DNA from: a virus
Length of the DNA stretch: 64,000 nt
IMG/VR virus record: IMGVR_UViG_3300023116_008583
Location: 1-64,000 of that record
Strand: one strand, 5' to 3'
Of this stretch, positions 1 through 10,654 are shown one piece after another. The translations under genes and the position numbers were made by a program. Within the stretch, counting starts at the first letter, position 1. Each line of letters starts with the position of its first letter. A model generated the notes under the pieces. The model did not search any database. It had not been told where the DNA came from and saw only the letters and a program-made list of their open reading frames with translations.

Positions 1-2013
1 ATGGCAGATCTTAATAATCTTATTGAAAAGTTAGAAGAACTATCAGGGCAAGGTGCTTCTGATGCCATTGCTGTCACAACAGAAAGATTAAGAAAACTAA
101 GAGATCTCGTTTCTCAGATCGAAGCAGAAGGAACTGGCGGTCTATCAACTGCCCAACAACAAAGGGTCAACACTGCTAAGGCTATAATTAAGCAAGCAGG
201 TGACGCAGCTAAGAGTTACGGAAAATCAGCTGCTTCCGCTGCGATGTCTACTAATGACATGACAAGCGCTCTCGAAACTGCAGCAAAAGCTGCTATAGCC
301 GGAGGCTTAGCAGGCGGCTTAGTCAAGATAGGCAGCGAATTAGATAAAGTGGCTTTTAAAGGGTCTAATTTTAATGAAGTTTTTAAGTCTCTTGGCATAG
401 GAGCAGCTTCAGGTTTTGCAGATGCCTTTCAGGCAATGTATGACAAGGGTGTCCTTCCTACGCTGCAGGCTACTCAAGAGGAATTTGGCACGCTCTTTGG
501 TGAAACCAAAAGAATGGTTGATGGAGCATCACGATCTCTTATAGGTGATCTCGCAAGATCTGCTGATGAAACTGCTGCAATGGCTGATAAGCTCGGAAGA
601 AGCTTAGATGTCAATACCAACTCCCTTAGATTTTTTAAGGGCGGCCTAGAGGGAACAAAGGAAGTAAGAAAAGATTTTGCTGAGTCTCTGAAAAGTCTTT
701 TGCCTGTTCTTTTTATTATGGGCGAAGAAGTAAATAAGCTTTCACTCAGGCAGCTTGCAACATTTAAAAATGCTTTAAATCTCAGTTCTGAAGATCTTGC
801 AGCGCTCGGTAAAAGAGCCACCGGCTTTGGGACATCTGTCCCAAGAGAGCTGATGAAGGTTGAGAGAACTGCAAAGGCTTTGGCTGATGCAACAGGATTA
901 GATCGAAAACAGCTTGGTGCTAACCTTGCGGCAATGCGAGCTGACTTCCAAACATTTGGAAACGTAAGCACTGCTGAGCTTGGTAAGATTGCAGCAAGGG
1001 CTATGTCTCTGGGTGTTGAACTAGATAAGTTAACAGGACTTGCTACAAAGTTTGATGATTTTGATACTGCAGCAGATTCTGTCGCTACGCTATCACAAGC
1101 GCTAGGTGTCAATATCGACGCGTTCCAGCTATTTGAAACAGAAGATCCAACTGAGCGCTTAACAATGATCAGGGATGCTTTCTTAGAAGCAGGTCAAGAT
1201 ATCACTCAAATGAATAGGCGAACAAGAACTTTGTTAGCCAACGTCGGTATTGATCCCTCTGCCTTGCTTCCGGCTCTCGCCCCCGGTGGCGCAGCACAAG
1301 AAAGAGGTGCTGGAATCCGTGAGGCCGCAGCCGGATTAGACATAGCTGCTCTTGAAAGATCTTTTGAACAAATTAGTCTAAAGATTCCTGAGGCATCTGA
1401 AAAATACCTTCAAGAAGTTGCGGTCCTCACAACAAGGCAGCTCGAAGGAATAGGGCAGCAGTTTACGAACGCAGTGCAAAATGCTGTGCTGAGCAGGCAG
1501 AATAGAGATCAGATCGCGCAGTCGTTCTCAAGATTGAGCAAGATTCCAGATTTAGCAAACGATGCTTTCTCCGGAATAGAGACACAAACAGGTGAAGTAA
1601 GCACAGAAGCGATCAAGGCTATTCGAAATACTCAAGCACGCCTTAATAATGCAATATTTGGCATCTTAAACAAAGGGATTGACCTCGCTGAAGATGCAGT
1701 CAAAAAAGGTGCAAACTTTGTGTCAGAAGGCACAATAGTTCCAAAAGCTTCAGCAGTCGAACCTCCAGCTCAAGCAACTATAGTTTCACCTGCAGCGCAA
1801 CAAAGACGAGAAGTTGACACTCAGCAACAAGCACAAGCAACACCGCAAGAAATTACTCTTACAATTCCTATGTCTTTGGAGTTAAATGAAGTTGAATTAG
1901 GAACAGGATTAGCACAAACTAAACTTCCTAACGGTATTACGCTTGGCGGGAACATTGATCAGCTTCGCGCTCTTTCACCAGGTCTAGCCCCGTCAACCCT
2001 TAACTCTCCATAG
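1..2013 (+). CDS. Tail tape-measure-like protein
   Basis: Ala/Leu-rich helical 670 aa; TMP-like segment (LATKFDDFDTAADSVATLSQALG); lies directly upstream of baseplate-type genes. Confidence 0.65.
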   Translation: MADLNNLIEKLEELSGQGASDAIAVTTERLRKLRDLVSQIEAEGTGGLSTAQQQRVNTAKAIIKQAGDAAKSYGKSAASAAMSTNDMTSALETAAKAAIAGGLAGGLVKIGSELDKVAFKGSNFNEVFKSLGIGAASGFADAFQAMYDKGVLPTLQATQEEFGTLFGETKRMVDGASRSLIGDLARSADETAAMADKLGRSLDVNTNSLRFFKGGLEGTKEVRKDFAESLKSLLPVLFIMGEEVNKLSLRQLATFKNALNLSSEDLAALGKRATGFGTSVPRELMKVERTAKALADATGLDRKQLGANLAAMRADFQTFGNVSTAELGKIAARAMSLGVELDKLTGLATKFDDFDTAADSVATLSQALGVNIDAFQLFETEDPTERLTMIRDAFLEAGQDITQMNRRTRTLLANVGIDPSALLPALAPGGAAQERGAGIREAAAGLDIAALERSFEQISLKIPEASEKYLQEVAVLTTRQLEGIGQQFTNAVQNAVLSRQNRDQIAQSFSRLSKIPDLANDAFSGIETQTGEVSTEAIKAIRNTQARLNNAIFGILNKGIDLAEDAVKKGANFVSEGTIVPKASAVEPPAQATIVSPAAQQRREVDTQQQAQATPQEITLTIPMSLELNEVELGTGLAQTKLPNGITLGGNIDQLRALSPGLAPSTLNSP

Positions 2014-2024
2014 CGGATTATAAA

Positions 2025-2207
2025 ATGGCAAATCAAGATAATAAAGCTTTTGATATTGTAAAAAACAATGATCTTTATAAGTCTGTGATAAGTAATGTAA
2101 AAGATCCAAAACAGAGGGCGGTGATTGAGAATCAAGTAAAGTCTTACACGTCGTTTCTGCAAAAGATAATGTCCGAAATTCAAAAGAAAAGCGATGAAAA
2201 CAAATAG
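2025..2207 (+). CDS. Small hypothetical protein (tail module)
   Basis: 60 aa ORF tightly packed between tail genes. Confidence 0.5.
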   Translation: MANQDNKAFDIVKNNDLYKSVISNVKDPKQRAVIENQVKSYTSFLQKIMSEIQKKSDENK

Positions 2208-2216
2208 GTAGATTAG

Positions 2217-5200
2217 ATGGCTGATGAAGATATAAAGAAAGTTATCGTTCCGATCGATAAAGAAGGAGATGGTCTAGATAGACCGTTCCCACCTCCAACC
2301 TTTGATTATAATTCTGTGCCCGACCCAAGCCAAGAGCAAGGGGATGATCTGCCTTACGAGACACAACCCACTGTAGACGGTGTACAACCAGTCAGTATTG
2401 CAGGGGCAAGAAATAGAGTTCTAAGCAATTCTCGACGTCTCAACATGAACTCTCCTGACGATACTCAAAACTTAGAGTCCAGGAACGCTTTTGCACCTGA
2501 TAGAGGAAGATTAAACTTCCCTGATAACTCAACGCAAAACCCAGCAATGAAACTAGGTGACCTGCTTGGCAAAGGTTCACCTGGAAAGAGAATTGATTCT
2601 GGGCTGACTGTTTCTGACGCGTATGCAAGAATAAACGAGCAAACTCAAGGGCAAAGAGATGTACCTCACCAGAGAAGCATCAATGCCTTTGATACACCCA
2701 CGTATGGAGAAGGTAGAAGCACAGACGACGCTGTGTCAAACAGGATCCAAAACAGTGTCCTATCTCAAAACAGATTCTCGGTGCTTGGTGCGAACAATGC
2801 GCCTGATGTCTTTCACGGTTCAGATGGTGCTGAAATAGACAGACAAGAATACACAGTCTTTCAAGAAGATTTAGGCGCTTACGATGGATCAAAAACAGCA
2901 GTAACTCTTGAGAAGATGACACAAGTGGCTGTTGACCTAATGGCTAATGCCCTTCAAAGCACGGGACAGATACCTGATGCCAACTTGACTGAAATCTCTT
3001 CTGAAGAGTTTGTTAAAAAATCTTTCGATGATTTTAGAGCTAAAAACTCACAAGCGGTTCCGAGTTTTGGAAAGGGATCTGCAGGCGCTTTCAATGAGTC
3101 AGGCGCTCAAGAGACGTTCGGAAACATGAGCAGCCCGGATTTGTTCTTTGATAGTTTAGACCCTGAAAATCTTGTAAGACTTGCTCTATCGCAAATTGCA
3201 GCTACTGTTGCTTTGACTGCACAAAATCAAGACGTGATAAGTGTCCTCCAGGGTACAAGCAATGCAGACCCAGATCCTGTAGGAGCGCCATACACACTCG
3301 GAAGTTTCTCCAATAAAAATAGTACAGCCTCAGGTTTAAGCGCCCAGAAGGCAAGGCAAGATTTTGGTTTGGTCAGAACTTCTAATGATTTTCAAGTTGC
3401 AGTAGATAGAGGCATCAAAGTTTTCTTTGGTATTGATCCTGGCTCCTCCTTGAATGATCCAAACGTCTTAGGTAACCAGATTAAGGAGTCTCCTGGTTAT
3501 TACTACGTTTTCTCTAGAGCTATTGCAAGAAGTGCTCAAGATATACTACAGAGATCTATTGATCAAAATACCGGATCTTCACCAAGCGGAAGCGATGGTG
3601 TGCACAGTGTGCTATCTCTGCTTAGAAATTCTAAGCTAATCGGCGCAATTAATGTTTTTGCTTCGATCGGAGATGCATCTTTAAAATTTGAAAAAGGTTC
3701 GTACGATATGGATCGGATTAGGACTGACTCTTCAAATCCGCTTTTCACTGATCTTCCAGTGGCTGCTTCTATTAAGAGTCGACGTGCACCCAATGATCCC
3801 CGCTTGGCGTGGAGAGGTGCATCAACGCCTTCTATGTTCTTGCTTCCCCCGTCTATTGAGTTTGCCAACACGATGACAGGGCAAACAGGAATGATATCAT
3901 CTGCACATGCAGGTCTAGAATCTAGAACGATATCAAAGATCGGCAAGAAGCTTTCCAAACGTCAGGTTTCTCGACATGAAAAACGACTTGATGCAGAATA
4001 TGTGCCTTTCTACTTTCAGGACTTGAGAACAAATGAGCTAGTTTCTTTTCACGCTTTCTTGTCAACGTTAACAGATCAATATGGTGCAAGATATTCAACT
4101 CAAACTTCAATAGGTAGAGCAGATCCAATCAGAATCTATCAAAACACAGATAGATCAATTGGCTTTACTTTTAATTTGGTCGCAACATCTCGAGAAGACT
4201 TTGATGAGATGTGGTTTAAGCTTAATAAGCTCACAACCCTTCTTTATCCTCAATACACAAAGGGCAGAAAAGTCCAGAGTCCTGACGGAAGCACGCAGTT
4301 TATCATGCCTTTTTCTCAGGTTATGTCCGCTTCGCCAATGATTAGGTTGAGAATCGGTGATGTCATTAGATCCAATTACAGCAAGTTTAATTTATCACGA
4401 CTTTTCGGATTAGGAACACCAGACTTTAATCCAAGTACAGGCTTATCTGTCCCACTCACTCAACTTGAGCTTAAAACTCTGCTGAGGCGAAATGACGTAG
4501 TAGTGTCTTTTGGGACCGAAGATTTCAATCAGTCAGTAATTGACTTACCTACAGTCTTGGGTGGAATAGTAAGAAATGCTAAACTAATTCCAAGTTCAAT
4601 TTCAAACGATACAAGAGGTTTAATTCCATTTGATATTGTTCGAATACCGTATCCGGCTGTTAGATCTCTACCTCGCGCTGATGGACAAGGAAATTTTGAA
4701 CTTCCCTTCAAAGATGTCTATGCTCGAATCGTAGAAAGAAAAAACGTTGATGGAACAATTAAATACGTCGGTAGTTTGCAAGGGACACCTGATCTTCTTT
4801 CTGCTGCAGGATTAGGAGAGTTTGGAGGGGTTGATTGCATTATAGAACCTCAACAAACACAGGTTTTTGCCGAGGGGCTTGCACTTGTGAGGGCAGCCAC
4901 GCTTGTTGCTAAGGGGGCAGTTGGTGTTGTAAACGCAGGTGATATCTCTGCAGCTGCCGCAGGATTTATAGTTGGCATGCCAGGGACGATGGGCGGCAGG
5001 TACGCATTTAGTACGAATGAGTTCTTAAAGTCACAAAACAACTCAGTTGTCAAATCTTTCGAAGAAGCAGGTGGCAAGGGCCTCGCTGGCTTTATTGAAT
5101 CTATGACTTTCACGTGGATTGACAGCAATACAAATTGGGAAGTTGAAAAAGATGCTCGTGCGCCAAAAACTGCTCAGATTACGATGCGATTTGCTCCGGT

Positions 5201-5477
5201 TCACGACATTGCACCTGGCTTGGATCACACCGGTTACAACCGAGCCGCGAACTATCCAGTCGGAGATCCTTCTAACAGAATCGCAGGCACAAGGCAAGTC
5301 GGCGGCGCAGCAGAAATAGTTGAAGCATTCCAAGACGCAGGGCCCATGGGCGCTTCTGAGTTACTTCGATTCGCAGGAGATTCTAATTACATTAGCGACA
5401 CCGTCGAAGTCGCAGCAAAAAGAAACCAGATTGATTCTGGTGCAGTTGTTGATGTCCTGTTAAGAAACTTGCTGTAA
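2217..5477 (+). CDS. Baseplate/tail-tube initiator-like protein (gp48/gp54/CIS-tube-like domain in C-terminal half)
   Basis: PFYFQDLR..FHAFLSTLTD..GRADPIRIYQNTDRSIGFTF..LYPQY..SPMIRLRIGD..GFIESMTFTW..WE..APK pattern typical of tube-initiator folds; context. Confidence 0.6.
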   Translation: MADEDIKKVIVPIDKEGDGLDRPFPPPTFDYNSVPDPSQEQGDDLPYETQPTVDGVQPVSIAGARNRVLSNSRRLNMNSPDDTQNLESRNAFAPDRGRLNFPDNSTQNPAMKLGDLLGKGSPGKRIDSGLTVSDAYARINEQTQGQRDVPHQRSINAFDTPTYGEGRSTDDAVSNRIQNSVLSQNRFSVLGANNAPDVFHGSDGAEIDRQEYTVFQEDLGAYDGSKTAVTLEKMTQVAVDLMANALQSTGQIPDANLTEISSEEFVKKSFDDFRAKNSQAVPSFGKGSAGAFNESGAQETFGNMSSPDLFFDSLDPENLVRLALSQIAATVALTAQNQDVISVLQGTSNADPDPVGAPYTLGSFSNKNSTASGLSAQKARQDFGLVRTSNDFQVAVDRGIKVFFGIDPGSSLNDPNVLGNQIKESPGYYYVFSRAIARSAQDILQRSIDQNTGSSPSGSDGVHSVLSLLRNSKLIGAINVFASIGDASLKFEKGSYDMDRIRTDSSNPLFTDLPVAASIKSRRAPNDPRLAWRGASTPSMFLLPPSIEFANTMTGQTGMISSAHAGLESRTISKIGKKLSKRQVSRHEKRLDAEYVPFYFQDLRTNELVSFHAFLSTLTDQYGARYSTQTSIGRADPIRIYQNTDRSIGFTFNLVATSREDFDEMWFKLNKLTTLLYPQYTKGRKVQSPDGSTQFIMPFSQVMSASPMIRLRIGDVIRSNYSKFNLSRLFGLGTPDFNPSTGLSVPLTQLELKTLLRRNDVVVSFGTEDFNQSVIDLPTVLGGIVRNAKLIPSSISNDTRGLIPFDIVRIPYPAVRSLPRADGQGNFELPFKDVYARIVERKNVDGTIKYVGSLQGTPDLLSAAGLGEFGGVDCIIEPQQTQVFAEGLALVRAATLVAKGAVGVVNAGDISAAAAGFIVGMPGTMGGRYAFSTNEFLKSQNNSVVKSFEEAGGKGLAGFIESMTFTWIDSNTNWEVEKDARAPKTAQITMRFAPVHDIAPGLDHTGYNRAANYPVGDPSNRIAGTRQVGGAAEIVEAFQDAGPMGASELLRFAGDSNYISDTVEVAAKRNQIDSGAVVDVLLRNLL

Positions 5478-5487
5478 AGGAAGACCG

Positions 5488-5784
5488 ATGGCAATTAGTA
5501 GATACAATAGAGATGGTACAATTCTGGCAGGTCGTGCTTTTGGAACAGGAACTGCAGTAAATGCGATTAGGCAAGCTGTAAGACGAGGTGAGATAAGTCT
5601 CCAGACAAGAATACTGACAGAAGGCCAAAGGTTAGACACAGTCGCAGGTCAAGCTTATGGTGATTCTAGGTTGTGGTGGGTAATCGCCGCGGCAAGCAAC
5701 ATCGGGTGGGGGCTTCAAGTTCCTGCTGGAACCGAGCTAAGCATACCAACTGATTTATCTCAGATCGGAGATCTGGTAGGATGA
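5488..5784 (+). CDS. LysM/gp53/tail-X-like baseplate protein
   Basis: GQRLDTVAGQAYGDSRLWWVIAAAS..VPAGTELSIP signature. Confidence 0.8.
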   Translation: MAISRYNRDGTILAGRAFGTGTAVNAIRQAVRRGEISLQTRILTEGQRLDTVAGQAYGDSRLWWVIAAASNIGWGLQVPAGTELSIPTDLSQIGDLVG

Positions 5785-8700
5785 GCAATAAAGTAGGCGT
5801 CATAGGCGGGTCCAATCATCGAAAGATGAAAGAGGCTGCCAAGAAGATAAAGGCGTCTACAGGATACGGCGGAATACTAGGCCAGTCCGGCGGGATTCAG
5901 CTTAAGCCTGGAGTTGCTATAACAAATGATGAGAAAGACGGAACTTCAAAGCTAAAGCAAGTCCAAGATTTGTTGACTTATGACACCGACGGCGCAAGAT
6001 CTATGAGAGATATTGCAAATTCGCTGACTTCGCTAGGAAGCAATGACAAAGACTTTTTAAGAGATTTAAAAAATGATTTTGAATTTGTTTTCGGATTTGA
6101 CGAAAAATTAAATCCAGAAAAGTTTCAAGCTCAGATCAAAGTTCCTGAAGTCGCTGATCCAAACAATGTTTTTATAACTAGAGACGCCATTCCAAGAATA
6201 AAATTTAGAAAAGAGAAAAGACCTGCTCACTTACCTGAAAGATTTATACCTGAGTCTGACTGGAGTAACGATAGAAGCAGACAAATGCATTTTGTAAACG
6301 TTCTCAATGGGAACTATACACCTGTCGTTTCGAATATTGATGAGATCGCTATTTTCATGAATAGTATTCCCACTCTGGAATTCTCCAGGTGCATGCCTTT
6401 TCTTGATGTCGTTTTTGAGACAGGAGAAAAAGCTTTAGATCGAGAAGGAAGCGCACTGTCTCTTAGCCTGTATAAGTCTCTTGAAGGAGCATCCAAGCCA
6501 GACGCCAAGTCAGCAAATGCAACCCTTGCGCAGAGCGTGCCTTCTAATCTCAAAGAAACTGGCTTTATCGACCAAGGAAATTCTACTTTCGGCATGGAGA
6601 TGTTCACGACACCCCAGACTTTAATTCCGTCAACCGATGGTGCAGGAGGATCGCGGGTTGAGCCAATCTTAGACCAGTTCAGGCCCTTTATGTCTATTAA
6701 AAGCTTTACTGTGAATTTGCAACCAGTTGCAGGTGGCTATTATCAGAAAGCAACAGGAAATCTTTCTATCGTTCTTCATGATCGTTCTCGTCTTCATGAG
6801 ATTTCAGCTTTAATTAGGCCTGACAACTATGGGTCAAATCATATTTTTATTGAGTATGGCTGGATACATCCCGATGCAGATTCTGGAAAGAACGATTATG
6901 CAGACTTTTTAAATAGTCTTAGAAGAAAGAGTAAATGGAAGCTTTACAATAGTGACTTAAGATTTACTCAAAACGGAGAGGTCGAGATTGACTTATCAAT
7001 AATAGATCTCGGTGATCGAAATGCTGAACTGACTTCAATTGACAATAATGAATACTTTAAGAATGAGTCTAGGCTTCTTTCTAAGATAGAAAAAACTGTT
7101 TTAAAAATTGCTGGCCGAAAAGGAGTGGGCAAAGAGATCTCACCTGATCTTGTCGATGTTTCTGCTCTAGGCAAGTCAATATTGGCGTTTAATCCAAAAG
7201 GATTGCAAAAGGTTATTGACAAACTTGAGGAAGCGTCTAAGAAGAAAAATGAAAACTATAACGCTAGCGCAAAAGAACTTCAAGAAGAGCTGGTTAATTT
7301 TCAAAGACAAAGAGATAAGCTAGCAGACGCAACTAATGATGTTGTAAAGCTTCTATTTAATAATTTTGAAACAAGCAATCCACAATTAACAGATCCTTTC
7401 TTAGGAGGAGCATTATCAAAAGCTCCTGATTTAGGAGTCAAAAAGGGTTTCACAAAAGTCTATAAAGCTACCACACTGTCAGGAGAAGAGGAAGAACGCC
7501 TTAGTATAGAATTTAATGAAGTCCCTTATGTTTCACTTGGAAAGGTTTTAGGATTGTTAGTAGGAAATCCTCTTCTTGAGACTGGAAACTATTCCGAGGT
7601 ACAGTTTTATTTCTATCCATTCTCATCACGTCCAAGTAGTCAAGTTTTCAACGCAGCAGGTAACTTAACAACTGCAGAGTTTCTTATGGATAGAAACGAC
7701 CTTAGAGAAGGTGTAAACTATCTTATGCAGGCACACAGAACTGCAGACATACCCGTAGAGGCGCTTATTAAGTTCATTATGTCAAATTTTGTTAATTTTG
7801 TCGGAGCTCCTCAATATGATTTAATCGATAGTTCTGATGAAGGTTATCAAAAGATCGTAAATGGAAAACGACAGTCAGTTGTTGAAGCCGTAGGCAAAGG
7901 TGAGACAAACGTAAAGAAGCTAAATGATGCGCAAAAAGAAAAGATCAAAACTATCAATGAAAAGACATCAGATTTTATGTTTCCTAAAATTGCTTTGGAG
8001 TTTGAAGCAATCCCAAGAATTCCAACTGCTAACGAGTCTAGAAAATCTGCAGAAAAAGATACGATTTTAAGAATACACGTTTATGACACACAAGCTGGTC
8101 GTCAAGAGCCATATGAGAATCTATTGAATGCTTCTTTGGAAGGTCTCAACACTTTAGCAGCCATAAAAAATACTATGGCAGGAAGAAATAAAGATGCACC
8201 CGCGTCTAAGCCAGACGCTCGAGCTAAGACTCTCAATCGGCTCATAGATGAGCTTATAAAATCAAATCCCAAAGGCTTGAAGGTAGTTAGAGAAGCAGGT
8301 GTTGACGGAAATATTCAAGATTTTATCATCGACCTTCCCTATGAGACGATAAAAAAGAAAATTGCAGGTGAGTATCCCTTCATCGAGTACGGCACCGAAG
8401 CGTCAGCCATAATTGATGCATCATTCAGAACTAATCAAAATAAAGATTTTGTGAATGTTGTTTTGTCGCAAGCTGGCAGAAATCCCGAAAGATCAGCTAG
8501 CGGCCTAGGTTCAAACGGTTTACCAATTTTTACAAAGCCTAACTCATTAAGCATGACAACTATGGGATGTCCTCTCCTACGATACAGAACTAACATGTTC
8601 ATAGATTTTAAAACAGGAACGTCCGTTGATAACCTGTATTACGCCAGGGGTGTCACACACAACATCTCGCCAGGTAGGTTTACGACAAGCTTGAATATGT

Positions 8701-8798
8701 CGTCCCTTCTTGCCGACGGGAAGTATAGAAGCACATACAAGACTCTCAAGAACGCAATCGATTACATTGACAAGAACAAGGATGATGACACAAAATAA
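5781..8798 (+). CDS. Baseplate hub-like protein (gp27/VgrG-N-like)
   Basis: IEYGW motif; C-terminal TMGCPLL..FIDFKTGTSVDNLYY..VTHNISPGRFTTSL; follows the LysM gene. Confidence 0.6.
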   Translation: MSNKVGVIGGSNHRKMKEAAKKIKASTGYGGILGQSGGIQLKPGVAITNDEKDGTSKLKQVQDLLTYDTDGARSMRDIANSLTSLGSNDKDFLRDLKNDFEFVFGFDEKLNPEKFQAQIKVPEVADPNNVFITRDAIPRIKFRKEKRPAHLPERFIPESDWSNDRSRQMHFVNVLNGNYTPVVSNIDEIAIFMNSIPTLEFSRCMPFLDVVFETGEKALDREGSALSLSLYKSLEGASKPDAKSANATLAQSVPSNLKETGFIDQGNSTFGMEMFTTPQTLIPSTDGAGGSRVEPILDQFRPFMSIKSFTVNLQPVAGGYYQKATGNLSIVLHDRSRLHEISALIRPDNYGSNHIFIEYGWIHPDADSGKNDYADFLNSLRRKSKWKLYNSDLRFTQNGEVEIDLSIIDLGDRNAELTSIDNNEYFKNESRLLSKIEKTVLKIAGRKGVGKEISPDLVDVSALGKSILAFNPKGLQKVIDKLEEASKKKNENYNASAKELQEELVNFQRQRDKLADATNDVVKLLFNNFETSNPQLTDPFLGGALSKAPDLGVKKGFTKVYKATTLSGEEEERLSIEFNEVPYVSLGKVLGLLVGNPLLETGNYSEVQFYFYPFSSRPSSQVFNAAGNLTTAEFLMDRNDLREGVNYLMQAHRTADIPVEALIKFIMSNFVNFVGAPQYDLIDSSDEGYQKIVNGKRQSVVEAVGKGETNVKKLNDAQKEKIKTINEKTSDFMFPKIALEFEAIPRIPTANESRKSAEKDTILRIHVYDTQAGRQEPYENLLNASLEGLNTLAAIKNTMAGRNKDAPASKPDARAKTLNRLIDELIKSNPKGLKVVREAGVDGNIQDFIIDLPYETIKKKIAGEYPFIEYGTEASAIIDASFRTNQNKDFVNVVLSQAGRNPERSASGLGSNGLPIFTKPNSLSMTTMGCPLLRYRTNMFIDFKTGTSVDNLYYARGVTHNISPGRFTTSLNMSSLLADGKYRSTYKTLKNAIDYIDKNKDDDTK

Positions 8799-8799
8799 A

Positions 8800-8828
8800 G
8801 TGTAAACCCTGATTCTTGACAATATAAT
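8800..8828 (+). promoter_or_regulatory. Sigma70-like promoter GTGTAA-N17-TATAAT
   Basis: Same motif recurs at 35696 and 57354, each before a non-structural gene block. Confidence 0.6.
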
Positions 8829-8834
8829 ACATGC

Positions 8835-10031
8835 ATGGATGTCTGCATCAGTAAAAAAGTCCTCGGTACAAACTTGCACATGCTTTCAAAAGAGAGCGGC
8901 GAGATAGTGTGGACCGCGGCCTTGCCCGGAAGTTGCTTCCCAGTAGGATTCTCAGAGCATGATCCTTTTGTCACAGTTAGTGAGCTAATGGGAAGCGAGC
9001 TGGTTCTGTCTCCAGGAAAACAATATGTTGACGCATTAAAAGTAGCAGGAATTGAAGAGAATATTCCGTGGCATCAAGCTGTTCCTGCTAAGGTTTTTAA
9101 AAGGTTTATCCAGAGGATCGTAGATGGCTCCAGATCAATTTCATCTAGCGACCAGTATGAATACTATCAAAACTATCTAATTAAAGCACAGAGAGCATCC
9201 CAGAAACTCTCACCTGTTAAGATTGATGGCATCTCATATCAAAGTCTTATGGCAGATCCTTTAACACCTAATAAAAATGTTATTCAAAGCTTTTCTCCGA
9301 CGGACGGATTTTCAAAAAGGCCTGTTTATGGATTTACTTCTACCAATACAGGACGATTGACTATTCGAAAAGGCCCGCAAATCCTAACTCTTAAAAAAGA
9401 GCATCGTGCTATCTTGACCTCTAGGTTCGATAAAGGACGAATAGTTCAGCTTGACTACACGAGCCTTGAGCCAAGAGTTGCTCTTTCAATGATCGGGCAT
9501 AATCCACCCAAAGATATCTACAACAATGTTGCCAATAACATTCTCGATAACAGGGTTGGCAGAGAATCCGCTAAGCTTCTCACGATCGCATTGCTATATG
9601 GTATGGGACAAAAGAGAGTGAAAGATATCTTATCAGGAACCATGCTAGATCCCGCAGAGACAATGAACAGTCTCGATAGTTTCTTTGGGGCGAAAATAAT
9701 AAGAGAAGAACTATCAAAGCAAGCAACGTCAGGATTTATTCAAAATTATTACGGTAGAAATATTCGGGTTCGAAACGACTCAGAGCACGTCTTATACAAC
9801 AATCTTATCCAGTCAACTGCCGTCGACGTTGCCTTGCAAGGGTTCCGAAGAATGATTCAAGCTATTGAGGACCACGGCAAGAGCATGAGACCTGTTTTCA
9901 TTCTTCATGATGCGCTTCTTATAGATTGTCCTCCCGATGAAGTAAAGTTTTTAGACACCTTGTGCGAAGTGGGTAGCAAGGCAGATAATTTGGACGCACA
10001 CTTTTACATTAAGAAAGAGTTGGTAAATTGA
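8835..10031 (+). CDS. Minimal family A DNA polymerase (polymerase domain, no recognisable exonuclease)
   Basis: TGRL, motif A QLDYTSLEPR, motif B RESAKLLTIALLYG, NNLIQSTA, motif C LHDALL. Confidence 0.8.
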   Translation: MDVCISKKVLGTNLHMLSKESGEIVWTAALPGSCFPVGFSEHDPFVTVSELMGSELVLSPGKQYVDALKVAGIEENIPWHQAVPAKVFKRFIQRIVDGSRSISSSDQYEYYQNYLIKAQRASQKLSPVKIDGISYQSLMADPLTPNKNVIQSFSPTDGFSKRPVYGFTSTNTGRLTIRKGPQILTLKKEHRAILTSRFDKGRIVQLDYTSLEPRVALSMIGHNPPKDIYNNVANNILDNRVGRESAKLLTIALLYGMGQKRVKDILSGTMLDPAETMNSLDSFFGAKIIREELSKQATSGFIQNYYGRNIRVRNDSEHVLYNNLIQSTAVDVALQGFRRMIQAIEDHGKSMRPVFILHDALLIDCPPDEVKFLDTLCEVGSKADNLDAHFYIKKELVN

Positions 10032-10618
10032 CTATTGAAATGAATATTGAGAAGATGCAGCGAGATTATGAGATGTTTAAGTCTCTTTGCGAGAAGCTAG
10101 GTGACAGATCACAAGCTGTTATCAATCTTTTGACGCACATAGAAGAGAGACTAGTAACTTGCCCATCCTCAGAGAGAACAGAATATTTCAATTCTTTTCC
10201 CGGTGGACTTTTAGATCATGCATTAAAGATTCTTGACGCTTCTTACAAATTAGTAAAAGCACACGATGCTAAACTCCCGAAGGAGTCCATCATCCTGTGC
10301 TCTCTGTTTTGCCTCATTGGAAAAGTCGGTGACGAGAATCAAGACCTCTACTTACCCCAGGATAACGACTGGCGACGTGATAAGCTCGGTGAGAACTACA
10401 AGTTTAATCCAGAACTTCGACACATGCGCGCTACACACAGATCTCTCTACCTCTTACAAAAGTTTGGGGTTGACTTGACTCAAGAGGAGTGGCTGGCTAT
10501 TCTTCTGGCCGACGGACTCACAGACGACACACGACTCTACTCCATGCGGGAACCGACCCTCGCCCTGGTGATCTCTTCTGCTAACAAACTGGTCATGGCA
10601 GCAGATCGAGAGAGATGA
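10028..10618 (+). CDS. HD-fold protein with degenerate metal site
   Basis: FPGGLLDHAL..LFCLIGK..H.RSLYLLQ..EEWLAI matches phage HD/YhaM-like proteins, but HD is replaced by CL. Confidence 0.65.
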   Translation: MTIEMNIEKMQRDYEMFKSLCEKLGDRSQAVINLLTHIEERLVTCPSSERTEYFNSFPGGLLDHALKILDASYKLVKAHDAKLPKESIILCSLFCLIGKVGDENQDLYLPQDNDWRRDKLGENYKFNPELRHMRATHRSLYLLQKFGVDLTQEEWLAILLADGLTDDTRLYSMREPTLALVISSANKLVMAADRER

Positions 10619-10638
10619 ACCCTTTCTCTACTTGAAGC

Positions 10639-10647
10639 ATACTTATA
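10639..10647 (+). promoter_or_regulatory. Putative late-promoter motif ATAnTTA (ATACTTATA)
   Basis: Recurs just upstream of genes at 18748, 20699, 25704, 34405, 42164, 49293, 53589, 60373. Confidence 0.45.
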
Positions 10648-10654
10648 CAACGTT

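Noticed and set aside
8835-10618. Z-genome (2-aminoadenine) cassette suggested by PolA + HD + NTP-PPases
   Set aside because: No PurZ here, and the HD protein lacks the metal ligands a dATPase needs; the rest of the genome is unseen
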